From Thermodesulfobacteriota bacterium (GTDB taxonomy: Bacteria > Desulfobacterota > Desulfovibrionia > Desulfovibrionales > Desulfovibrionaceae), in assembly GCA_049324675.1 (NCBI GenBank), contig JBMONM010000120.1, forward strand, positions 8,833 through 72,832: a DNA stretch of 64,000 nt, read 5' to 3'. The notes beneath the pieces are model-generated. The model had not been told where the DNA came from and did not search any database. It worked only from the letters and a program-made list of their open reading frames with translations. A program made the translations under genes and the position numbers. Positions 56,555-63,817 of the stretch are shown piece after piece. The stretch's first letter is position 1; the number at the start of each line of letters is the position of its first letter.

Positions 56555-58390
56555 TCAGGACAGCCCTCCGGCGCGTCCGGCCAGGGGCAGCCGCCAGTCC
56601 TTGCCGAAGGCCCGGGGGGTGATCTTGACCCCGGGGGGACTCTGGCGCCGCTTGTATTCGCTGCGGCCGACCATCCGAAGCACCCGGCGCACCGTCTCCG
56701 GATCCCGGCCCCGGGCCGCCATGTCCTCCAGGCCCAGGCCGCGCTCCACGTGATCGGCCAAAATGGCGTCCAACACGTCGTAGGGCGGCAGGGAATCGGC
56801 GTCGAGCTGGCCGGGCCGCAGTTCGGCCGAGGGCGGCTTGGTCAGGACCCGCCCGGGAATCACGGCCCCGGCCGGTCCCGAAAACCCCAGCCCCGCGAGC
56901 TCCGAGGCGGCAGCCGCGTTGCGCCACCCGGAAAGCGCGTAGACCAGGGTCTTGGGCACGTCCTTGATCACCGCGAACCCCCCGGCCGTATCCCCGTACA
57001 GGGTGGAATAGCCCACGGCGGTCTCGCTCTTGTTCCCCGTGGTGATCACCAGGCTCATGAACTTGTTGGCCAGGGCCATAAGCAGCGTGCCCCGGGCCCG
57101 GGACTGGAGGTTCTCCTCGGTCACGTCCGGCTTGCGGCCGGCGAAGGGTTCGGCCAGGGCGTCCAGAAAGGCCTGGAACACGCCGTCCACGGACACCACC
57201 TGGAACGAAATCCCCAGGTTCGCGGCCAGTTCCCGGGCGTCCTCCAGGCTGTGGGCCGAGGAATAGCGCGTGGGCATGGCCACCCCCAGGACCTGGCCGG
57301 GACCCAGGGCGTCGGCGGCCAGGGCCGCGGTCAGGCTGGAATCGATGCCCCCGGACAGGCCGATCACGACCCGGGAAAAGCCGCTCTTGCGCACATAGTC
57401 GCCAAGCCCCAGGACCAAGGCCGCGTAGACCTCGGCCGGCGGGGACACGACCCCGGCGATCGCGGTCCGGATCATGGCCGCAGACGGTTCGGGGCACTCC
57501 GGGAAAACCGGGGTTTCCAACCCGTCGTCCGGGGTCCCCTCCCCTTTCGCGACTCCCGGGGCCGGGGCCTCCAGATCCACCCGGTCCGTGTCCTCGAAGA
57601 CCGCCCTCGATACCTCCAGGCGGTCCCGGGGATCGGCCAGCCGGGCCCGCCTGACCTCGGACGGGTCCAGGTCGGCCAGGACCAGCTCCTCGCGAAACGC
57701 CGCCCCCCGGGCCACGGTCTCGCCCGAAGGGGAAAAGACCAGGGCCCGGCCGTCGAAGACCAGCTCGTCCTGGCCGCCGACCAGGTTGCAGTAGGCCACG
57801 TAGGCCCGGGAGTCGGCGGCGCGCACGGCAAGCATGCGTTCCCGGGCCGCCCCCTTGCCCAGATGATAGGGCGAGGCCGAGATGTTGACCAACAGCGTGG
57901 CCCCGGCCGCGGCCTCCATGGCCGCCGGACCGTCGGGATACCAGATGTCCTCGCAGACGCTGACGCCGATGTGGAACCCGGCCCGGCCAAGGATCAGGTT
58001 GCGGTCGCCGGCCCGGAAATAGCGGTGTTCGTCGAAAACCCCGTAATTGGGCAGAAGCCGCTTGTGGTACGCGGCCGCGATGCGGCCGCCGTGGGCCACC
58101 AGGGCCGCGTTCGCCACGTCGTGGGGACAGGCCGGGGCCCCGAAGATCACGGTCATGTCCGGCTCGACCCGGGCCAGGCTCAGGGAGGCGGCCCGGGCCG
58201 CGTCCAGAAAGCGCGGGGACAAAAGCAGGTCCTCGGGCGGATAGCCGGACACGGCCATCTCCGGAAAGACCGCCACCCGGGCCCCGGCCCGGGCCGCGGC
58301 GCGGATGAACGCGGCCATGCGGGCCGTGTTCCCGGAAATGTCCCCCACGGTGGGGTTTACCTGGCACAGGGCCAGACGCAGACACTGCAT
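56555..58390 (-). CDS. nadE: Glutamine-dependent NAD+ synthetase (nitrilase-like glutaminase domain plus NAD synthetase domain)
   Basis: Trimmed to ATG 58390, preceded by GGAGAGG. LRLALCQVNPTVGD...VAVFPEMAVSGYPPEDL...VCEDIWYP is the CN-hydrolase domain. VIGLSGGIDSS (PP-loop) ...TGNKSETAVGYSTLYGD is the synthetase domain. Confidence 0.95.
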   Translation of the reverse strand: MQCLRLALCQVNPTVGDISGNTARMAAFIRAAARAGARVAVFPEMAVSGYPPEDLLLSPRFLDAARAASLSLARVEPDMTVIFGAPACPHDVANAALVAHGGRIAAAYHKRLLPNYGVFDEHRYFRAGDRNLILGRAGFHIGVSVCEDIWYPDGPAAMEAAAGATLLVNISASPYHLGKGAARERMLAVRAADSRAYVAYCNLVGGQDELVFDGRALVFSPSGETVARGAAFREELVLADLDPSEVRRARLADPRDRLEVSRAVFEDTDRVDLEAPAPGVAKGEGTPDDGLETPVFPECPEPSAAMIRTAIAGVVSPPAEVYAALVLGLGDYVRKSGFSRVVIGLSGGIDSSLTAALAADALGPGQVLGVAMPTRYSSAHSLEDARELAANLGISFQVVSVDGVFQAFLDALAEPFAGRKPDVTEENLQSRARGTLLMALANKFMSLVITTGNKSETAVGYSTLYGDTAGGFAVIKDVPKTLVYALSGWRNAAAASELAGLGFSGPAGAVIPGRVLTKPPSAELRPGQLDADSLPPYDVLDAILADHVERGLGLEDMAARGRDPETVRRVLRMVGRSEYKRRQSPPGVKITPRAFGKDWRLPLAGRAGGLS

Positions 58391-58485
58391 GCCCCTCTCC
58401 TTGTTTTTGCCCCGCGGCGCGGCCCGCCCCCGCCCCTTTCCTGGTCCCGGGCGCGAAACGCGCCGCCGTGCGCGGCACACCTGGC

Positions 58486-58773
58486 CTAGGGCTCGACGTT
58501 GCTCTCGGTCTTGGCCCAATAATCGTCGGGATAGGTGCCGGTCTCGTTTTTATCCAGAAATCCGTCCCCGCTTTTGTCCAGGCGTTGGAAGCGGGTTTCG
58601 GCGGCGCCCGTCTGCTTGTAGCGGGCGATGAATTCCGCGCGGCTGATCTTGCCGTCCCTATTCGCGTCCAGGGCCGCCGCGCCCTTGGAAAGCCCGCCCT
58701 TGCCGGCGCATCCGGCCCCGCACAGACAAAGCGCGCAGACAGCGGCCGCGGCCAATGCCTTGCTCGTATTCAT
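58486..58773 (-). CDS. Small lipoprotein with two EF-hand calcium-binding loops
   Basis: 95-aa ORF with a strong RBS (AAGGAGAGG). It has a signal peptide with a lipobox-like LCGAGC. The EF-hand loops are DANRDGKISRAEF and DKSGDGFLDKNE. Confidence 0.8.
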   Translation of the reverse strand: MNTSKALAAAAVCALCLCGAGCAGKGGLSKGAAALDANRDGKISRAEFIARYKQTGAAETRFQRLDKSGDGFLDKNETGTYPDDYWAKTESNVEP

Positions 58774-58836
58774 CGCCTCTCCTTTCGGCCCGGCCGTGCG
58801 GCCGGGATGATGGGTTCGAACCGCACAGAACGGGGC

Positions 58837-60303
58837 CTACGCCCCGGCGTCCTTGGCCGGACGCACATGGGTGCGCCAGTGATTCTTGAGCCAGACATCC
58901 TTCGGGCCGCCGGGACAGGCGCGCAGCAGGTCCTCCAGCTCGGCCGGATCCAGGGCCTCGCGCCAGGAGGCGAACAGGGCCTCCTCGACCAGTTTCGCGG
59001 CCTTGCGGCGGCGCTCGATCTCCCTGGCCGCGGCCTCGGCCTCGACCTCCTCCCGGGACACGTAGTCCGGATGGGGCCGCAGGGCCCCCCACCTGGCCAG
59101 GGCCGTGAACAGGTAGGCCTGGGGATTTTTGACCTTCTCCCCGTTGGCCAGTTCCGTCAGCCTGCCGAAACGCTCCAGCTCCCAGTCGGCCCGGTCCAGG
59201 CTGACGGCGAGCATGTCCCGATCCAGGGTCTTGCCGATCCTGACCCTGGCGGCAAGCACGCGGCGCAGGTGTTCGAGCCGGAAGCCGGCCTCGAAGACCT
59301 TGGGCCACATGGTGGCCAGGAGGTCGTCGGTCCAGCCGTCCAGGCACGGATCCGACTCCTGGTCCTCCCCGCCCGGATAGAAAGAATCTTTTCTATCTAT
59401 CCTAGAGGGGGTCCGGGGGTCCGGCCTGGTGTCCGGTCTTTGGTGTGGCGGAGTGACTGGCTGGCCGAATGACTGGTTTTGTGCATGGTTTAATGAGAGG
59501 CTTATGGAGGGGTCTACTGTGTGGCTTAAAGATGGGTTCAGTGTGTGGTTTTGAGTCTGGCCGAAGACGTCCGCCGCCTCGAAGGGGGCGCAGCGGGGAT
59601 GGTTGAAGGCGATGCGCACGCCCTGGATGTTGCCGTCGCGGGCCTTCTTGAAGGTCAGGAAATCCAGGGCCGCCAGCCGGCGCATGATGGTCCGGGTGGT
59701 GTTCTCCCCGAGGCTTACGGCCCTGGCGATGTGGGCCATCTTGATGATCTCGGGTTTGACCCGCAGCAGGTGGCAGAGCACCCGGCGCTGGTTGGCGTTC
59801 AGGCGGTCCAGGGGGGTGTAGCCGATCTCGGCGGAAAACGTCGGGTCTGGTGTGCGGTCCTGTGTGCGGCTTGGTGCGTGGTCTTTGGTCGGGTCTGGAG
59901 CGTGGTCTTGAGTGGAGTCTTGTGTCTGGTTTTGAGAGTGGTCTATAGTGTGGTTTGTTGATAGGCTTTGTTTCTGGTCTGCCGACCGGTCTTCCTTCCG
60001 GTTGCGCATGTGGCTGTGCGCCCGTTCGACCGGCGTGGTGTCCGGTGTGGCGAGTGGCTTTGTGACTGGCCTTGTGTCCGGCCTTGTGTCCGGCCTTGGG
60101 GGCGAGGCCGGGCGCGGGCCGGGGATGTCGGGCGCGCGGTTCGGTTCCGTGGGCCTGCGGGTTCCGGACGGCGCATTCCCGGTCAGAAAGGCGATGGCCT
60201 CCCGGGGAAAGGCGTCCAGGGCGGGAAAGGCGTGGAACTGTTCCTGGGGGGGAATGCTGTGGAACAGGTCGTCCGGCTCGGAGCTAGGCTTTTTGCTGGA
60301 CAC
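58837..60303 (-). CDS. Winged-helix (MarR/Rep-like) protein with two low-complexity Pro/Asp/Thr/Gln/His linkers; presumed partner of the upstream ParA
   Basis: Track ORF 58837..60402. I chose GTG 60303, which lies 17 nt before the ParA stop with AGAGG upstream. The frame stays open through a lower-GC region, which supports real coding. The HTH-like core is NANQRRVLCHLLRVKPEIIKMAHIARAVSLGENTTRTIMRRLAALDFLTF. The low-complexity runs include RPDTRPDTRP and TQDSTQDHAPDPTKDHAPSRTQDRTPDP. The start is uncertain. Confidence 0.55.
   Translation of the reverse strand: MSSKKPSSEPDDLFHSIPPQEQFHAFPALDAFPREAIAFLTGNAPSGTRRPTEPNRAPDIPGPRPASPPRPDTRPDTRPVTKPLATPDTTPVERAHSHMRNRKEDRSADQKQSLSTNHTIDHSQNQTQDSTQDHAPDPTKDHAPSRTQDRTPDPTFSAEIGYTPLDRLNANQRRVLCHLLRVKPEIIKMAHIARAVSLGENTTRTIMRRLAALDFLTFKKARDGNIQGVRIAFNHPRCAPFEAADVFGQTQNHTLNPSLSHTVDPSISLSLNHAQNQSFGQPVTPPHQRPDTRPDPRTPSRIDRKDSFYPGGEDQESDPCLDGWTDDLLATMWPKVFEAGFRLEHLRRVLAARVRIGKTLDRDMLAVSLDRADWELERFGRLTELANGEKVKNPQAYLFTALARWGALRPHPDYVSREEVEAEAAAREIERRRKAAKLVEEALFASWREALDPAELEDLLRACPGGPKDVWLKNHWRTHVRPAKDAGA
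60068..60098. repeat. In-frame tandem 12-bp repeat (GGCCTTGTGTCC x2.6) encoding (RPDT)n on the minus strand
   Basis: Read directly: ggccttgtgtcc ggccttgtgtcc ggccttg. The related GTGTCCGG motif also occurs at about 59428 and about 60037. Confidence 0.9.
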
Positions 60304-61084
60304 GGTCGACAACCTCTTTCGCCAGGGACAGGTAGTCCTGGGCCCCGGATTTTCCGGCATCGAACTCGAAAATGGTCTTGCGGTGGGAGTGGGCCCGGTC
60401 AATGTCGATGTTGACCCGGATCTCGGTCCCGAAGACCGGGATGCCCTTGGCGTCGAAAAAGGCCCGGATGCGGTTCTTGTTCTTCTTGTGGGTCACGGCC
60501 CGGCCGTCGAGCTTGGTCAGGACCACGCCGAGCAGAAGCAGGGTCTTGTTCTGCTGCTTGGCCTGGGACAGGACGTGGACGAAGGTGGAAAAGCCGTCCA
60601 GGGCGTACTGGTCCCCCACGGGGCAGGGAACCAGGACGAAGTCCGAGATCAGAAGGGCGTTGCGCAGCATGGGGCCGATGTTCGGCGGGGTGTCGATGAT
60701 CACGAAATCGTATTTGGCGATGTCCTTGTCGTTCTGCAAAAGACGGGAAAAACCCAGCACGCTGTCGATGCTCGAATAGGACCGGACCTCCCACTCCATG
60801 CACCGGATGGAATTGGGCACGATCTCCAGGTGTTCGGAGCGGGTGGCGCAGGCATTGGGGCTGAAGGCGCCCTCGGGGTCTTCCAGGGCCTTGACCAGGC
60901 TGTAATTTTCCCTCAACCCAAAATCAGGCAAAAGCGTGGACGTGGTATTGGATTGCGGATCCCCGTCGATGACCAGCACCTGGTAGCCAAGAGCAGCTAT
61001 CCCTGCGGAAAGATTGACGCAAGTCGTCGATTTTCCCACGCCGCCCTTGTTGTTGCCTATGGTGATGATCAGGGGTTTGGCCAT
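60284..61084 (-). CDS. parA: ParA/Soj-family partition ATPase (short type, no N-terminal HTH)
   Basis: 266-aa ORF. MAKPLIITIGNNKGGVGKSTTCVNLS is the deviant Walker A motif. VLVIDGDPQSN and FVIIDTPPN are also present. Confidence 0.9.
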   Translation of the reverse strand: MAKPLIITIGNNKGGVGKSTTCVNLSAGIAALGYQVLVIDGDPQSNTTSTLLPDFGLRENYSLVKALEDPEGAFSPNACATRSEHLEIVPNSIRCMEWEVRSYSSIDSVLGFSRLLQNDKDIAKYDFVIIDTPPNIGPMLRNALLISDFVLVPCPVGDQYALDGFSTFVHVLSQAKQQNKTLLLLGVVLTKLDGRAVTHKKNKNRIRAFFDAKGIPVFGTEIRVNIDIDRAHSHRKTIFEFDAGKSGAQDYLSLAKEVVDRVQQKA

Positions 61085-61093
61085 TTAGGGTCT

Positions 61094-61136
61094 CCTGGAA
61101 ATTTCACTTTTCCAGGTGATTTCATCTTCCTGGAAT
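61094..61136. promoter_or_regulatory. Three copies of an 8-bp motif (CCTGGAAA / TTTCCAGG / CCTGGAAT) in the parA leader; the first pair forms an inverted repeat overlapping the parA Shine-Dalgarno
   Basis: Read directly: cctggaaa (61094-61101), a 7-nt spacer, tttccagg (61109-61116), and cctggaat (61129-61136). On the minus strand, TTTCCAGGAGACCCTAAATG places the AGGAGA RBS partly inside one arm. Confidence 0.5.
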
Positions 61137-61254
61137 TTTGTCAAACCGGAGAGCCGAATGGAGCTGAAAAAAAGATTGGCGGTCTGTCCGGTCACCGGAT
61201 ATGAAACGAAATCCCGAGCGGACCGCCGCACTGCGGCGGCGACCGGAGGAAGCC

Positions 61255-61596
61255 ATGTCGCATGTCCGTGGTTCTGCGGTGTTTCCCTTTTTTTTCTTCA
61301 TGCTGTTTCTCGCCCTGCCTCCCGGCCGCCTGGAGGCCCAGGAAGCCGGGGACGAGCCCCGTCCGGTTTCCTCCGGGACGGAGGTGTCCGGCGTGATCCA
61401 GGAGGAATACGGCGAAGGCCTGTTTCTGGTCGCCGATGACGGCGCCCTGTATCTGGTCATCACCCCCGAGGAGGTCTCCCTGGAAGAGGAGGAGGCCTTT
61501 CACCTCAAAAACAAGGGCGCGCGGGTCACCCTCATCGGCGACGTCTACCGGGACGCCGAGGGCGCCCTGAGCCTCGTGGTCTACGGCCTTCCATAA
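61255..61596 (+). CDS. Small secreted acidic protein (hypothetical)
   Basis: Track ORF 61201..61596 trimmed to ATG 61255, preceded by GGAGGA. The signal peptide is MSHVRGSAVFPFFFFMLFLALPPGRLEA, and the mature part is Glu/Asp-rich. I recognise no family. Confidence 0.5.
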   Translation: MSHVRGSAVFPFFFFMLFLALPPGRLEAQEAGDEPRPVSSGTEVSGVIQEEYGEGLFLVADDGALYLVITPEEVSLEEEEAFHLKNKGARVTLIGDVYRDAEGALSLVVYGLP

Positions 61597-61704
61597 CGAC
61601 CATGGGCCCTTCCCCGGACACGCGCCGTCCCGTCGCCGTCCGTTCCGGGGGCGGGCATCGTTTCGCGGCCGGGCCGACGGGCCTGGCCGCAAGGAGAACA
61701 GGAC

Positions 61705-61938
61705 ATGTTCGGCATAGGGGTTTCCGAGCTTTTGATCGTCTTGGCCATCGTGCTGCTTTTTTACGGGGGCAAAAAGCTTCCCCAGATCGGTTCCGGACTC
61801 GGCAAGGCCATCCGCAATTTCCGCAGCGCCGGAAGCCAGCCCGACGAGATCGAGATCAAGCCCGCCGCGCCCCCGCCTTCGCCCCCGTCCCCGCCGAGGG
61901 ACGCGGAAAAACCCGGCCGGCCCGAGACCGGGGCCTGA
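61705..61938 (+). CDS. tatA: Twin-arginine translocase subunit TatA/E
   Basis: [40 protein letters not shown] is the canonical TatA TM plus amphipathic helix. AAGGAGA RBS. Confidence 0.9.
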   Translation: MFGIGVSELLIVLAIVLLFYGGKKLPQIGSGLGKAIRNFRSAGSQPDEIEIKPAAPPPSPPSPPRDAEKPGRPETGA

Positions 61939-62029
61939 GCCGGAAATCGCCCGACGCCTCGGCCTTGCGTCGGCCCGCCCCGGTCGCAAGGGCGGCGCCG
62001 GCCCGTCTTTCAGGGCGCGATGAGGTGGC

Positions 62030-62857
62030 ATGATGGACGTACGACATACCCAGGACATTCTGTTCGCGGATCTTCCGACCAAGATGGAAAAATCCCGGTC
62101 GGTCATCGACGAGGCCTTTTCCCGGTTCGCGCCGGACGAACTGGCCGTGGCCGTGACCGGGGGCAAGGACAGCACCCTGCTTCTGCGCCTGATCCTGGAC
62201 GCCTCGCAAAAGGCCGGCCGCGCGCGGCCGGTCATCGTGCACCTCGACGAGGGCGACCCCTTTCCGGAGATCACGGCCTTTCTGGCCCGCCTGTGCCGGG
62301 AGTGGGACCTGTCCCTGGAGGTTGTCCGCAACGAGGACCTGCTCGGCCCGGGACGGACGGTGGGGGAGTGGATCGAGGTTTCCGGGCTGTCGGAAAAAAA
62401 CCGCCGGGAGCTTTCCCGGCTGTCCTTTTCGGGCCGGGGTTTCGCCTTCGATCCGGAATCGCCGGCCGGCAACCACCTGTGCAAGACCGTGCCCCTGCAG
62501 GAATTTCTGGACAGGCGGGGGATCGCGGCCCTGGTGACGGCCATCCGCTGGGATGAGCACGAGGCCCGTTTTTCCGAGGACTACTTCAGCCAGAGGAGCG
62601 TGCCGCCGCATCTGCGGGTGCATCCGCTGCTGCACTTCCGGGAGCGCGACATCTGGGAGGCCACCTTTTTCCTGGGCCTGCCCTTTTGCGAGCTCTACCG
62701 CCTGGGCTACCGGTCCCTGGGGACCCGCTCGGGCACGGTCCGGGCCTCGGATCTCCCGGCCTGGGAGCAGGACCTGGAGCACACCCCGGAAAGGGCCGGC
62801 CGGGCCACGGAAAAGGAGCGGTCCATGGCCGCTCTGCGGTCCCTGGGCTATCTTTAG
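62030..62857 (+). CDS. PAPS-reductase / CysD-like PP-loop ATP pyrophosphatase family protein
   Basis: 275-aa ORF. LAVAVTGGKDSTLLL is the PP-loop SGGKDS variant. AIRWDEHEAR and HPLLHFRERDIWE are present. GYRSLGTRSGT sits where CysH/CysD have GYxSIGC. No C-terminal ECG(L/I)H redox motif is visible. Confidence 0.75.
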   Translation: MMDVRHTQDILFADLPTKMEKSRSVIDEAFSRFAPDELAVAVTGGKDSTLLLRLILDASQKAGRARPVIVHLDEGDPFPEITAFLARLCREWDLSLEVVRNEDLLGPGRTVGEWIEVSGLSEKNRRELSRLSFSGRGFAFDPESPAGNHLCKTVPLQEFLDRRGIAALVTAIRWDEHEARFSEDYFSQRSVPPHLRVHPLLHFRERDIWEATFFLGLPFCELYRLGYRSLGTRSGTVRASDLPAWEQDLEHTPERAGRATEKERSMAALRSLGYL

Positions 62858-63381
62858 GGACGTGGGGCGCGCCGGCCTTCGGCCGTGCCCCGGGACCCGA
62901 GCAGCTTGACGAAGACCTCCCCGGTGTGGCTCAGAAACACCAGCTTGCGCCCCTTTTCCCCGCCCACATGGCTGGCCGCGACCCGGAACCGGTGCCGGGC
63001 CAGGGATTCGAAGGCCGCGCGCACGTTCAGTTCCCCGACCCCGGCCTCTCCCTGGAACAGGGCCGACGCCCCGCCGAACACCTTGCATTCCACCTCGGAC
63101 GCGGCCACGCCGCGCCGGGCCAGCCGCGCGGCCAGGGCGTCGACGGCCGAATCCACGTAGCGGAAGGGGTTTTGCGGCACAAGGGCGGTTTCGTAGGCCG
63201 CGGCCGTGGGCAAAAGGGCGTGGAAGATGCCCCCCAGGAGGTATTCGCGGGAAAAAAAGGCCACCGAAACGCAGGATCCGAGCACGGTCTGGACCAGGGT
63301 GGGGCGGTCGTACAGCCCGCCCTGGGCCACCAGAAGATAGACCTGGTCGACTCCGGGATGGAATTCCAGGAGATGTTTCAT
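62854..63381 (-). CDS. cheD: Chemoreceptor glutamine deamidase CheD
   Basis: Trimmed to ATG 63381 (ATGA overlap). Contains ...LGSCVSVAFFSRE..GGIFHALLP...RYVDSAVDALAARL...ECKVFGGA. Confidence 0.9.
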   Translation of the reverse strand: MKHLLEFHPGVDQVYLLVAQGGLYDRPTLVQTVLGSCVSVAFFSREYLLGGIFHALLPTAAAYETALVPQNPFRYVDSAVDALAARLARRGVAASEVECKVFGGASALFQGEAGVGELNVRAAFESLARHRFRVAASHVGGEKGRKLVFLSHTGEVFVKLLGSRGTAEGRRAPRP

Positions 63382-63794
63382 GTTTCCTCGAGAAGGGGGT
63401 TTTCGGCCAGATCCAGGGCCCGCAGGGCCTCGAGCATGTCGGCCGGCTCGAAGGGTTTGGTCAGGTAGGCCCCGGCCCCGGCCTCGAACTGGGCCCGGAA
63501 CATGTTGTCCGGATCGTCCAGGCTCGAGAGCATGATGGCCTTGGTCATCTCGGGCCGGCCCGCCCGCCGGTCGAGTTCCCGGATGCGGGCCAGGGCCGCG
63601 TGGCCGTCCAGACGGGGCATGAGGATGTCCATGACCACCAGGTCGAAGGGCTCCCCCTGTTCCAGGGCCTCCCTGAACAGGTCCACGCCGTCCAGGCCGT
63701 CCGCGGCCTCCCGGCAGCATCCCAGGCCTTCCAGGCAGGACTGGATGAGGTGGCGCTGGTAGCGGCTGTCGTCGACGATGAGAATGCGCAGCAT
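63378..63794 (-). CDS. CheY-like single-domain response regulator
   Basis: MLRILIVDDSRYQRHLI...DLVVMDILMPRLDGHAAL...AIMLSS...GAGAYLTKPF shows the receiver-domain D-D, D, S/T and K pattern. Confidence 0.9.
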   Translation of the reverse strand: MLRILIVDDSRYQRHLIQSCLEGLGCCREAADGLDGVDLFREALEQGEPFDLVVMDILMPRLDGHAALARIRELDRRAGRPEMTKAIMLSSLDDPDNMFRAQFEAGAGAYLTKPFEPADMLEALRALDLAENPLLEET

Positions 63795-63817
63795 GTCCGT
63801 TCTCCCAGCGGCCGGAA

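Noticed and set aside
54523-58489. Long track ORFs 54523..56622 (+) 699 aa, 56328..58478 (-) 716 aa, and 56447..58489 (+) 680 aa.
   Set aside because: These are shadow frames of the SDR, HlyD-like and nadE genes. The alternative frame 56555..58390 gives a textbook NadE.
58807-58822. GGTTCGAACC, resembling a tRNA T-loop (GGTTCGAATCC), between the EF-hand gene and the winged-helix gene.
   Set aside because: The flanking bases cannot form a T-stem or an acceptor stem, and no D or anticodon arms can be drawn. It is simply a 10-bp palindrome. I found no tRNA in the window.
56459-60098. Possibility that the tandem repeats at 56459-56500 or 60068-60098 represent a CRISPR array.
   Set aside because: The units are only 12 bp and directly abutting with no spacers. 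There are at most three copies, and no cas genes are present. The second repeat is in frame within a coding region.
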